Origin: Bacteroidota bacterium | GTDB taxonomy: Bacteria > Bacteroidota > Ignavibacteria > Kapaibacteriales > HRBIN21 | Length of the DNA stretch: 64,000 nucleotides | Direction: 5' to 3' | Assembly: GCA_030550395.1 (NCBI GenBank) | Contig: JAUQPL010000006.1 | Coordinates: forward strand, 4,624-68,623 | Shown: positions 26,793 through 36,110 of the stretch, in pieces | How positions within the stretch are numbered: position 1 is the first letter of the stretch | Layout of the letters: each line of letters starts with the position of its first letter | The notes under the pieces: generated by a model | The model's input: only the letters and a program-made list of their open reading frames with translations | What the model was told of the DNA's origin: nothing | The model's database searches: none | Position numbers and translations under genes: made by a program

Positions 26793-29606
26793 TCATGACG
26801 GGGCTGAGCCGAGCTTGGGCTGGTATACTCCCAGGGGGGTCTCCGTGGAACCAAGGGCTTCCTGGAGGATGCGGCGCAGTACGTAGTGTAAAACGCCGCC
26901 GTGGCGGTAGTATTCCACCTCTGCAGGGACATCCAAGCGGGCAATGACCTCAAACTCTCGGAGACTGCCATCCGACTTCCGAGCCCGGACACGAAGCCGT
27001 TTCTGGGGCACAAGCCCTTCACGGATTCCCACGATGTCGTAGACTTCCGTGCCATCTAATCCCAGACTTTGAGCTGAATCCCCTGGCAAGAATTGTAACG
27101 GCAGGACGCCCATACCGACCAGGTTGCTGCGGTGAATCCGTTCGAAGCTCTCTGCTAACACCGCTCGGATGCCCAACAGAGCTGTACCTTTGGCTGCCCA
27201 GTCACGCGAGGAACCGCTACCGTACTCCTTGCCGGCAATGACAATGAGGGGAATCCCTTCACTGCGATAGCGCATGGCTGCTTCGTAGACAGTCAGCTCT
27301 TCTCCGCTGGGCAAGTGGCGGGTCCAGCCACCTTCGCGCCTGGCAAGAGCATTCCGTAGGCGGATATTGGCAAAGGTGCCTCGCACCATGACTTCGTGGT
27401 TACCACGGCGAGCGCCGTACGAGTTGAAATCTATAGGGTCAACCCCGTGCTCAATTAGCCATCGTCCAGCGGGCGAGAAGGGGGAAATGGAACCCGCAGG
27501 GGAAATGTGATCCGTTGTGATGGTATCGCCCAGCAGGAGGAGAACCCGCGCACCGAGGATGTCTTCGGGTTCCTGGGGATGGAGGGGCAGATTCTGGAAG
27601 AAAGGAGCTTCACGGATGTACGTAGAATTCGGGTCCCACTGAAAGAGTTCGCCTGTGGGGGCTTCCAGCTCCTTCCAAAAGCGGTCACCAGCGTATGCCC
27701 GGGCGTACTCGTCACGGAAGTCTTCCGGTAGGAGCACACGTTCCATCGCGAAGCGAATTTCCTCCTGGCTGGGCCAGAGGTCGCGAAGGTATACGGGACT
27801 TCCGTTCGGATCGGTGCCCAGCGGTTCGGTGAGCAAGTCTATATCCATGCGTCCAGCCAGAGCGTAGGCGACAACTAAGGGGGGAGAGGCCAGGAAATTC
27901 ATGCGTACCTGTGGGTGAATGCGGGCCTCAAAATTCCGATTGCCCGAAAGAACGGCGGCGACAACAAGGTCGTTTTCAGTGATGGCCTGGGCAATGGGTT
28001 TAGGCAGTTGTCCACTGTTTCCGATGCAAGTTGTACAGCCATAGCCAACGACGTGGAACCCGAGGGCTTCTAAGGCTGTCAACAGGCCGGAACGCTCTAA
28101 GTATCGGGTCACAACTCGGGAGCCTGGGGCTAGGCTGGTCTTCACCCAAGGTTTAACTCGGAGTCCCAACCGAACGGCTTTCTGTGCCAACAGACCGGCA
28201 GCGAGCATCACCGTAGGATTGGAGGTGTTGGTGCAGCTTGTAATCGCAGCGATAACTACGGCGGCATCGCTGAGGAGGAACTCCATGCCATTGGTACGGA
28301 TCGGCACAGTTCGGAGCAAGGGTCGGACTTCGGTGGCAACGGCTTGGGTTGTCGCCTCCTGTGGTGTAGGAAGGGACAAGTGCTCCCATCGCTGTTCTGG
28401 AGGGAGATATGCCCGATTGTACTGACGCTCTAAGGTGTCAATGACGGCGGACTTTGCTGCACGCAGGGCAACTCGATCGTGTGGGCGCCGTGGGCCAGCA
28501 AGAGTCGGTTCCACGGTGGACAAGTCCAGCGTGAGCACATCGGTGTACAACACAGAGTCTTCCCCTTCGCGCCAGAGCAGGTTTTCTTTGCAGTAGCGCT
28601 CAACTCGCTCCAGGAGTTCAGGGGGACGAGCGGTGAGGTGTAAGTACTCCAATGTCTGCTTGTCGACGGGGAAGTACGTGACCGTGCAGCCGAATTCAGG
28701 GGACATGTTCGCGATAGTAGCTCGGTCGGGGACAGTCAGTGAGTCCACGCCTGGACCGAAGACTTCTACGAACTTGCCCACCACGCCGTAGCGGCGGAGC
28801 ATCTCTGTGATGGTCAACACCAGGTCTGTTGCTGTGGTCCCCGGTGGGAGCGTGCCTATAAGCTTTAACCCGATGACTTCAGGTAGCAGCAGGACAAGCG
28901 GTTGCCCCAACATAGCGGCTTCCGCTTCTATTCCCCCGACACCCCAACCCAGGACGCCGATTCCATTGACCATCGGGGTGTGAGAGTCGGTCCCGACAAG
29001 GGTATCAGGATAGGCAATGCCGTTGCGAGCGGTCACAACCTGAGCCAAGTACTCCAGATTAACCTGGTGACAGATACCCATCCCGGGGGGCAGCACCGTC
29101 ATATTCCGGAAGGCTTGCTGCGCCCATTTCAAGAGGATGTAGCGTTCCCGATTTCGCTGGTACTCTATCTCAACATTTCGTTCGTAAGCCCAGGCAGTGC
29201 CGAAAAAGTCCACCTGTACGGAGTGGTCAATCACTAAGTCAACCGGCACCAGAGGGTTAATTCGCTCTGGCGGCACTCCATGTCGTGCTGCTTCTGCCCG
29301 AAGGGAGGCTAGGTCTACAACTCCCGGAACACCGGTGAAATCCTGCATGAGAACGCGACTGGGCTTGAAGGGAATTTCCCGCTCGCTCGGACGTGGCTGC
29401 CATGAGAGAACGTTGAGCACATGCTCTTCTGTGACCAAGAAACCGTCCTCTGAGCGGAGAACGTTTTCCAGAAGGATACGCAGGCAGAACGGTAGATGGC
29501 AGACCCGATATCCCTGCCGCTCCAGCTCGGCCAAGCTGTAGTAGTATAGCGTCCCTGCCAAGGTTTTCAGTTGCCGTACGACACCGAAGCGATCGCGTAG
29601 GGGCAT
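26793..29606 (-). CDS. acnA: aconitate hydratase A
   Basis: 'QDFTGVP', 'DHSVQVD', 'TDSHT', 'AITSCTNTSNP', 'GCTTCIGNSG', 'GSSRDWAAKG'. Confidence 0.97.
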   Translation of the reverse strand: MPLRDRFGVVRQLKTLAGTLYYYSLAELERQGYRVCHLPFCLRILLENVLRSEDGFLVTEEHVLNVLSWQPRPSEREIPFKPSRVLMQDFTGVPGVVDLASLRAEAARHGVPPERINPLVPVDLVIDHSVQVDFFGTAWAYERNVEIEYQRNRERYILLKWAQQAFRNMTVLPPGMGICHQVNLEYLAQVVTARNGIAYPDTLVGTDSHTPMVNGIGVLGWGVGGIEAEAAMLGQPLVLLLPEVIGLKLIGTLPPGTTATDLVLTITEMLRRYGVVGKFVEVFGPGVDSLTVPDRATIANMSPEFGCTVTYFPVDKQTLEYLHLTARPPELLERVERYCKENLLWREGEDSVLYTDVLTLDLSTVEPTLAGPRRPHDRVALRAAKSAVIDTLERQYNRAYLPPEQRWEHLSLPTPQEATTQAVATEVRPLLRTVPIRTNGMEFLLSDAAVVIAAITSCTNTSNPTVMLAAGLLAQKAVRLGLRVKPWVKTSLAPGSRVVTRYLERSGLLTALEALGFHVVGYGCTTCIGNSGQLPKPIAQAITENDLVVAAVLSGNRNFEARIHPQVRMNFLASPPLVVAYALAGRMDIDLLTEPLGTDPNGSPVYLRDLWPSQEEIRFAMERVLLPEDFRDEYARAYAGDRFWKELEAPTGELFQWDPNSTYIREAPFFQNLPLHPQEPEDILGARVLLLLGDTITTDHISPAGSISPFSPAGRWLIEHGVDPIDFNSYGARRGNHEVMVRGTFANIRLRNALARREGGWTRHLPSGEELTVYEAAMRYRSEGIPLIVIAGKEYGSGSSRDWAAKGTALLGIRAVLAESFERIHRSNLVGMGVLPLQFLPGDSAQSLGLDGTEVYDIVGIREGLVPQKRLRVRARKSDGSLREFEVIARLDVPAEVEYYRHGGVLHYVLRRILQEALGSTETPLGVYQPKLGSAPS

Positions 29607-29624
29607 CGTTTTGCCGGTAGGATG

Positions 29625-30311
29625 TTACACAACTAGCGGGACTTGACGAGTACGGGCTTGGGCTTCTTGGAGGCGGTGATAGTCAGCAAGAAACGCTTGA
29701 AGACCGAGTTCTGTGAGCGGGTGCTTGAGGGACTGCTGGAGAACCCGGAAGGGAGCCGTTGCGATATCTGCCCCTGCGCGGGCTGCCTCAACCAGGTGCA
29801 TTGGGTGGCGGAGCGAGGCGGCGATGATCTCTACTTCTAACCCTTGGCGTTCCCAAATTTCGCAGATGTCTGCTAATGTCCGGACCCCATCGTTACCAAT
29901 GTCGTCCAGGCGTCCAAGGAAGACGCTGACGAAACTGGCTCCAGCATTGGCGGCCAGGATTGCCTGTGCCGGGGAGAAAACAAGAGTGACGTTTGTCGGA
30001 ATTCCCTGCCGACTCAGTTGACGTACAGCAGCTAATCCTTCAGCCGTCATCGGGATTTTAATGACCGCCTCTGGCAGCCATGAGACGATCTCCTCTGCTT
30101 CGCGAAGCATCCCAGCGGTGTCCGTGGAGACAACTTCCACAGAGATATGTCCGCCAACCAGGCGGTGGATTTCCCGTATTCGCTCCCGAACGTCCACGGT
30201 AGGATCTTCCTTTGCCAACAGCGTGGGGTTTGTGGTTACACCGCTGAGAATACCCCATGAGGCAGCGGTGCGAATCTCATCAAGGTTAGCAGAATCAATG
30301 AACAGGCGCAT
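29625..30311 (-). CDS. tal: transaldolase / fructose-6-phosphate aldolase
   Basis: 'FIDSAN', 'GVTTNPTL', 'IKIP', 'TNVTLVFS', 'AASLRHP'. Confidence 0.9.
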   Translation of the reverse strand: MRLFIDSANLDEIRTAASWGILSGVTTNPTLLAKEDPTVDVRERIREIHRLVGGHISVEVVSTDTAGMLREAEEIVSWLPEAVIKIPMTAEGLAAVRQLSRQGIPTNVTLVFSPAQAILAANAGASFVSVFLGRLDDIGNDGVRTLADICEIWERQGLEVEIIAASLRHPMHLVEAARAGADIATAPFRVLQQSLKHPLTELGLQAFLADYHRLQEAQARTRQVPLVV

Positions 30312-30409
30312 GGTCCATGCTCGTGAGTTTGACTTTTACAACACAGCTGCGGTGACGTCTCCGGCGAACGTTTTATTGCGTTCCGATGATGGTAGGAAGC
30401 GCCCTCGGA

Positions 30410-31960
30410 TTAGGCATTGGCTCCTTCGCAGCTGTTGGTGCCTTCTTCTGAAAGAGCGATATCTTCCAGGCCTGCCGAGGCTATGAGCCGACGCAGGGTC
30501 TGAATATCTTCGTACAACGGTCGGTCATCGTGAAGCGGCGGGACGTGTGCCCGAACCCATGCGATGACCCGTTCCAACGGGGGGGTTGTCCGAGCAGGAC
30601 GGAGAAATTCTATCGCTTGTGTTGCGCAGAGAAGCTCAATGGCTAAAACTGTCTCTAAGTTGTCCACCACTTGCCATGCCTTCTGAGCGGCAATGCTGGA
30701 CATAGAGTTGTGGTCCTCTTGTCCACCGGAGGTTGGGATAGAATCGACGCTAGCGGGATGGCACAGCACTTTGTTCTCCGACACAATGGAAGCAGCTGTG
30801 TATTGTGCGATCATCAAACCAGAATGTAGGCCAGGACGGGGCGAGAGAAAGGCAGGCAGATGGCTGCTCTGAGGATTGAGAAGCCGCTCAATGCGCCGTT
30901 CGGAGACGTTTGCAAGTTCCGCACAGGCGATAGCCAAGAAATCCAGTGCCAATGCCAAGGGCTGACCGTGGAAGTTGCCACCTTCCAAGTGCTCACCTGT
31001 GTCGGGGTCAATGAGTGGGTTGTCCGTAACAGCATTGAGCTCCGTTTGCACGACATTCCAAACGTAGGCAATAGCATCGTGCGATGCTCCGTGGATTTGG
31101 GGGATGCAGCGGAGGCTATAGGCATCTTGGGGGAATCCGTGGGGGCGAGGCTGTTGGCTAAGCTGGCTACCGGTGCGGAGCTTCCGTAAGCGGGCAGCCG
31201 TTTCCTGTTGTCCTGGGAAGGGACGGAGCTGATGGATGCGGGCATCATAGGCTTTTGGACATGCCCGCAGGGCTTCTGCAGACAAAGCGGCAGCGATGTC
31301 AGCGAACCGTGCGGCACGGCGGGCACGGAAAACAGATAAGGTCCCATATGCCGTGGACATGGTCGTTCCATTGATGAGTGCCAGCCCCTCCTTGGCTTCT
31401 AAGCGCAGCGGCTCCAGTCCATGGCGAACGAGGGCCTCGGCGGCTGGCTCTAATCCTTGCTCTGTCAGGAAATAGCCCTCTCCAATGAGAGCCAAAGCAA
31501 GATGAGCTAACTGAACCAAGTCCCCGCTGGCACCAACAGAGCCCTGTTTCGGGATGGCAGGAATCAGTCCATGGTTGAAGAGGTCTAAGAGTCGTTCAGC
31601 TACTATTGGTCGGACTCCGCTATAACTACGAGCAAATACGTTTGCCCGCAGGATGAGCATGGCTCGTACAACTTCGGGTGGAATCCACCCCCCAGCGCCT
31701 ACGCTGTGGGAGCGCACAAGATTGTATTGCAGCTCAATTGCCTCTTCCGGTGAGATACGGACGGCTGCCAATCCCCCAAATCCCGTGGTGATACCGTACA
31801 CAGGCTCTGCGGAGCGGAGCCAGTGGCGGAGCCATGCGTGGGAGCGTTCCATCCGGTGGCGGGCTTGTTGGTCTATTTCTACGCGCCAACCCGGCTCGGT
31901 GAGGACCTTCCATAGCTCTTCGATACGGAGGGATGTTCCATCCAGCAGGAGAGTCGGCAT
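30410..31960 (-). CDS. hutH: histidine ammonia-lyase
   Basis: 'YGITTGFG', MIO motif 'GSVGASGDL', 'QDAYSLRC', 'GGNFHGQP', 'QEDHNSM'. Confidence 0.95.
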   Translation of the reverse strand: MPTLLLDGTSLRIEELWKVLTEPGWRVEIDQQARHRMERSHAWLRHWLRSAEPVYGITTGFGGLAAVRISPEEAIELQYNLVRSHSVGAGGWIPPEVVRAMLILRANVFARSYSGVRPIVAERLLDLFNHGLIPAIPKQGSVGASGDLVQLAHLALALIGEGYFLTEQGLEPAAEALVRHGLEPLRLEAKEGLALINGTTMSTAYGTLSVFRARRAARFADIAAALSAEALRACPKAYDARIHQLRPFPGQQETAARLRKLRTGSQLSQQPRPHGFPQDAYSLRCIPQIHGASHDAIAYVWNVVQTELNAVTDNPLIDPDTGEHLEGGNFHGQPLALALDFLAIACAELANVSERRIERLLNPQSSHLPAFLSPRPGLHSGLMIAQYTAASIVSENKVLCHPASVDSIPTSGGQEDHNSMSSIAAQKAWQVVDNLETVLAIELLCATQAIEFLRPARTTPPLERVIAWVRAHVPPLHDDRPLYEDIQTLRRLIASAGLEDIALSEEGTNSCEGANA

Positions 31961-32210
31961 GGATACACACGGTGGAATATTGGAACAGACACAAAACTAC
32001 GCACCCTGCCGACTCATATTGCAGTTCTGGCGGCGGGTCTCTTTCTCCGGGGACTTGCCGTGTAGAGTGTTGGAGCTGCTATGCTGTCTCAATGGGTGGG
32101 TTCGTGATAAGGGCTGCCGTGAAGAAGGTGGGGCCACCCTGGTTGAAGACAGAAGATTACGTGGGGAAGGCTACCCACAGGGACTTGCTATTCCCTCCTG
32201 CAGCCAATGT

Positions 32211-32486
32211 CTACCGGGAGCCGGTCAGCTCATCGGCAATGCGCTCTGCCACGGTACGGAGTACCTCAGGCTGGGAATAGAAGCCATGGGCAAGGCGTTG
32301 GCGTATTCGCTCAAGCAGCTCTTGTCGGCGTGCTTCCTGAAGCTGTTGAGCCTCTGGGGAAAGAGCGATGCTATCGGGTTTCTCCGCTGGTACGGGGGAC
32401 GGAGAGGATGGGCGTGTGCGTCGGACTTGGGTAGAGGAATCCCCTGGCGCCGTCGGTGGATGTTGGCGGATAGGATCAATGCTCAT
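32211..32486 (-). CDS. flgM: FlgM-like anti-sigma-28 factor
   Basis: 'DSIALSPEAQQL...LERIRQRLAHGFY...VAERI' pattern; last gene of flagellar cluster. Confidence 0.7.
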   Translation of the reverse strand: MSIDPIRQHPPTAPGDSSTQVRRTRPSSPSPVPAEKPDSIALSPEAQQLQEARRQELLERIRQRLAHGFYSQPEVLRTVAERIADELTGSR

Positions 32487-32838
32487 TGTACTCCCTTTCG
32501 GCATACCACACACACTGGCGTTGTGCAAGCGTCCCTTGCAGACGGCGTTCTGCTTGCACAAGCAAACAACGTATGAGCTCCCGCTGTCGTGTTAGGCGAT
32601 GCAGAAGCTCTTGAAGGAGGCTATACCATTCTCGTGCCTGATTGGAGGGCCAGGTAGCGTAGGGACGGCTTTCCCACCACTGTTGAAGATGAACAAGAAC
32701 TTGCTGGCGTTGGGCGTAGAGGGATTCTACGTGGGAAAGCTCTTCCAGCCCCAGCGATGGTAAGGTAAGCCGAGCGTCTATTTCATCCGTTAGTCTCAGG
32801 CACTCCTGGAGAAGCTTCCAGCCACTATGCGCGTACAT
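32476..32838 (-). CDS. FliT/FlgN-like helical flagellar chaperone
   Basis: 120-aa all-helical protein, 'LYAQRQQVL', located in the flagellar cluster. Confidence 0.5.
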   Translation of the reverse strand: MYAHSGWKLLQECLRLTDEIDARLTLPSLGLEELSHVESLYAQRQQVLVHLQQWWESRPYATWPSNQAREWYSLLQELLHRLTRQRELIRCLLVQAERRLQGTLAQRQCVWYAEREYNEH

Positions 32839-33244
32839 CGGTAATACCCCCTTCCCGTTGCAGGAACTCCATCACGAAGCGAGCTATGCGGAGGGCGATT
32901 TCGGGGGGAATCTGCTGGAGAATCTCTTTCGTTTCTGCATCGCGGACGCGAAGAACCAGCTTTTGGGTAGCTTCATCAACGACGAACTCCAGCTCTATGT
33001 TCTCCGACTCTATGACGGAATGCAGAGCCGAAAGGAGAACAGAAAAGTCTAAGGGCCGGTTTGCATTCTCTGCTTCAGGAGCGTTGGAGGCGGTTAAACT
33101 GGGTGCCGTTGGTGGTGGAGTAACGGCAGGTTGCTGCGGGAAGAAACGTCCATGTCCCCCTTCGCTCTCTGTGGCAATGCGTTCTGACTCCCCCACAATC
33201 GGCACTGTAACCGGGGATGTGATAGGCTGGGTTGGGGTTACCAT
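32825..33244 (-). CDS. flaG: flagellar protein FlaG
   Basis: 'LEFVVDEATQKLVLRVRDAETKEILQQIPPE'. Confidence 0.88.
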   Translation of the reverse strand: MVTPTQPITSPVTVPIVGESERIATESEGGHGRFFPQQPAVTPPPTAPSLTASNAPEAENANRPLDFSVLLSALHSVIESENIELEFVVDEATQKLVLRVRDAETKEILQQIPPEIALRIARFVMEFLQREGGITDVRA

Positions 33245-33257
33245 AGCTGCCTCACCA

Positions 33258-34685
33258 CTATGGGACGATAGAGGAAGGAATTGCAAAGTTATTGGCGATT
33301 CCCAATTGGGCTGTTGCAGCTGAGAAGAGCTGTTGTAGTTTGAGATATTCCTTACGATACTGCTCCACTTGCTGTTCAATCCGCAGCTCCGTTTGACGGA
33401 TGCGCTGTGAGAGGGTTTGTAGCTGTCGTCCGATACTATTCCAGCGGGCATGTAGGGTACCCGAGGAACCGATCATATCTTGTAGCAGAGTTGTGATCCG
33501 CTCGCCAAATCCCCCGCTGGAAGTAAAGAGAGCAGCGACACGGTCGCTTCCATTGGCAAGCTCTTGCTCTAAGCGTCGGCGATCAGAGAGGGTGAGGGTT
33601 CCATCTTTACCAATGCCGATCCCAATGTCGCCCAGCGTCTGTAAAGCTCCGTTACCGAGCAGCTGACTACTGAGAGAGCGCAGGTTGCTGAGAAGTTGTC
33701 GGAGAACTAAGTCGCCTTTGAGCGAGCCATTGAGAGCGTTTGTGAGCTCTTTAAGAGCGCTGTTGTATACGTCCAGGAGCTTCTGAATGAGCGCCGCTAC
33801 GGCGTCGGGGTCCACGGTCGTTGTTAGCGTCACCGCTGACTCAGTAGGAGTCTGGCTGCGAAGCAGTGTGAGTGTGACTCCGGGCAGGAGATCTGAGATT
33901 GTGTTGGATTGGCGGGTGACTGTAATTGCGTTAATGCTCAGTTGGGCGTTCAACTCAGAGGAGCGAGCACGTTGATATCCAGCACTTGTCTCCGTAAAGA
34001 CGGTCCGGTTTTCCGGATCAGCAAAGAAGCCGCTGTTCCAGCCTAAGCGGGCTAAGAGACCATCTGTGTCGACGAAGCGCAAGGCGGAATCGCTTCCGGT
34101 CTGCTTTGCAGTCAGAGAAAGGCGAACGGTGGTGGGAGTGTCTGTGAGCACAGTAGCGACGGCACCGACGTTAGTGGTCGCGTTGATAGCAGTAGCAATC
34201 TTCCTCAGAGCGGCTTCGGTATCCTCTGTCCCGTCTAAGGTGACGGTGACGGTCACGGTTGTGCCGCTCCCTGTCAATTCAAAGCGATACACCCCGGCGG
34301 GCAGGAAAGGATCGGTTCGGAGGAGACGCTGGGAGACCAAAACGTCATTATGGGCAAGGCGATGGACGTACACAGAAGTTGTTCCAAGGGTAGCAGAACT
34401 CTCTGCTATTGCTGTAACGACATCCGGATGAGAGCTCTGAACCTTTCGAGTTGCAAAGCGCTGGTCGGCACCAGGGAGTGTGAAGAGCTGCCCTTGGAAG
34501 AAGAGCTCCTCCAGCTTTGAGCGTATAGTGTTCAGGAGCTTCTGCTGCTCTTGAAGCTGCTGCCGCCTCTGTTTGAGAGTCTCCAGCGGACGACTCTGCT
34601 GGGAGCGGTAAGCCGCCAATAGCTGCTTCAGCAGAGCTTGTCCCGTTGGGTTCTGGAGCAGTGAGATGTCTGTAATACCTGCCAT
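33258..34685 (-). CDS. fliD: flagellar filament cap protein
   Basis: N-terminal coiled coil, 'LSLTAKQTG', 'TRQSNTISDLLPGVTLTL', 'LGDIGIGIGKDGTLTL', C-terminal coiled coil. Confidence 0.9.
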   Translation of the reverse strand: MAGITDISLLQNPTGQALLKQLLAAYRSQQSRPLETLKQRRQQLQEQQKLLNTIRSKLEELFFQGQLFTLPGADQRFATRKVQSSHPDVVTAIAESSATLGTTSVYVHRLAHNDVLVSQRLLRTDPFLPAGVYRFELTGSGTTVTVTVTLDGTEDTEAALRKIATAINATTNVGAVATVLTDTPTTVRLSLTAKQTGSDSALRFVDTDGLLARLGWNSGFFADPENRTVFTETSAGYQRARSSELNAQLSINAITVTRQSNTISDLLPGVTLTLLRSQTPTESAVTLTTTVDPDAVAALIQKLLDVYNSALKELTNALNGSLKGDLVLRQLLSNLRSLSSQLLGNGALQTLGDIGIGIGKDGTLTLSDRRRLEQELANGSDRVAALFTSSGGFGERITTLLQDMIGSSGTLHARWNSIGRQLQTLSQRIRQTELRIEQQVEQYRKEYLKLQQLFSAATAQLGIANNFAIPSSIVP

Positions 34686-34701
34686 GGGGGCCCCTTGGCA
34701 A

Positions 34702-35013
34702 CTAGTCAAACCCGAACGCCTCAGCCCATGCCTCTCGCAACCCTTGGATAATGGTTATAGCCTCTTCGTAGCGACGTTCCCACACACACCGTTGGCAGTA
34801 TTCATAAAGCCGATAGAGCCGAACAGCGATCTCTCCTGCTTCAAAGTTTAGGGCTTCCATTAGTTGAACCAGTGCGCGATTCATCCTGACGATATCACGC
34901 TGCTTAGCGGCTGACAAGAACACGTCGTAGGTTTTTAAGATGAGCTGTTCGGGACTCCAGCTAAAGACTTCCTGCTCCAGATAGGGGGTTATCGCCTTCG
35001 TTGGAGCTTCCAT
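34702..35013 (-). CDS. fliS: flagellin chaperone FliS (short form)
   Basis: 'YLEQEV..SPEQLILKTYD', 'LNFEAGEIAVRLYRLYEYC', 'LREAW'. Confidence 0.85.
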   Translation of the reverse strand: MEAPTKAITPYLEQEVFSWSPEQLILKTYDVFLSAAKQRDIVRMNRALVQLMEALNFEAGEIAVRLYRLYEYCQRCVWERRYEEAITIIQGLREAWAEAFGFD

Positions 35014-35047
35014 GGGTTTGAGAGTGATTGTGATACTTGTGGAGGGG

Positions 35048-35072
35048 AGGGGATGGGGGGAACCCATCCCCT
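35048..35072 (-). other. perfect 10-bp stem-loop between fliC and fliS
   Basis: AGGGGATGGG-N5-CCCATCCCCT; no U-tract. Confidence 0.6.
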
Positions 35073-35103
35073 TTACCCTTCACCACGCCCGCTGCGCGGC
35101 TGG

Positions 35104-36039
35104 TTACCGGAAAAGCTGGAGGAAGACCTGTGGCTGTTGGTTCGCCTGTGCTAAGGAGATGAGAGAAGTTTGCTGCAAGAACTGGGCCCGGATCAGTTCG
35201 AGCTGTTCTTTGGCTACGTCGGCATCCTCTATCCGTGAGATAGCAGCATTGTAGTTCGTGATCTGTGTTTTAAGCAGGTCTTCCTGAGAGCTCAGGCGGT
35301 TAATGATCCCACCCACATAGGAGGCAACCTTGTTAACGTTTTGTAGTGCTTGGTCTAAGCTCTGGAGCGTTGTGGTAATCTGGCTGGCACTGAAGATGCG
35401 GAGATCGCTGGAGCTCACTAATGCCAGTTCTTCCAAGTCCAGATTGGTGACGCCGGCGAAGTTTGTGTTCCCGTTAACAGCAAGCCAGAAAGAGCTAGAG
35501 TCCACATTGAAGTCACTTACGTTGGTGCTTTCTAAGTTAATGCTCAACGTAATGAGAGTGTTGTCAGCCCTGTAACCGATGACGAAATCAGCAGAGAAGC
35601 TGCCATCAATAAGCTGTCGACCGCCGAAGGTCGTGGAGTCGACCACGCTCTGAATCTGTTGTGCTAGACGGTATGCGGCGCGTGCCAGGGAGACCTTCTC
35701 ATCCGTCCCCAAAGCGCCGGAAGAGGCTTGGGAAGCAGCTTCTTTAATTTGGGCGACAAGGCTCTGGATGTTGTCCAGTGCGTCCTGAACAATGGCAGCT
35801 AAGCTACTTGCGTCGCCGACAGCATTGAGCGCTGTGCTGATACCCATAACGCGAGCACTCAAGGCACGGACCGTAATATAGCCTGCTACGTCATCGGCGG
35901 CGGAGTTGATACGCTTCCCTGTAGAAAGGCGTAGCTGGCGGAGTGCAATAGCACGGTTTGCTGCATCCAGAGCATTGTATGCGTTCTCCGCCGGTGTGTT
36001 CGTACGGATCCGTGCACCGTTCGTGATGGCGTATGGCAT
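35104..36039 (-). CDS. fliC: flagellin
   Basis: 'RLSTGKRINSAADDVAG', 'SRIEDADVAKEQ', 'LAQANQQPQVFLQLFR'. Confidence 0.95.
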   Translation of the reverse strand: MPYAITNGARIRTNTPAENAYNALDAANRAIALRQLRLSTGKRINSAADDVAGYITVRALSARVMGISTALNAVGDASSLAAIVQDALDNIQSLVAQIKEAASQASSGALGTDEKVSLARAAYRLAQQIQSVVDSTTFGGRQLIDGSFSADFVIGYRADNTLITLSINLESTNVSDFNVDSSSFWLAVNGNTNFAGVTNLDLEELALVSSSDLRIFSASQITTTLQSLDQALQNVNKVASYVGGIINRLSSQEDLLKTQITNYNAAISRIEDADVAKEQLELIRAQFLQQTSLISLAQANQQPQVFLQLFR

Positions 36040-36110
36040 GGTACCCTCGAACTGTAACGTGAGACTTCCCCGGGGCGTCCTGCCGACTCAGTAGGTGTCC
36101 TTCGGCGGTA

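Noticed and set aside
31653..32576. 307-aa plus-strand ORF spanning hutH and flgM
   Set aside because: Overlaps recognisable minus-strand genes; Cys/Arg/Trp-rich noise composition.
32005..36090. Identical 12-mer TGAGTCGGCAGG (minus strand) in the fliC leader and upstream of hutH
   Set aside because: Repeated 12-mers are expected by chance in 64 kb; no further similarity, so not called a target-site duplication or shared operator.
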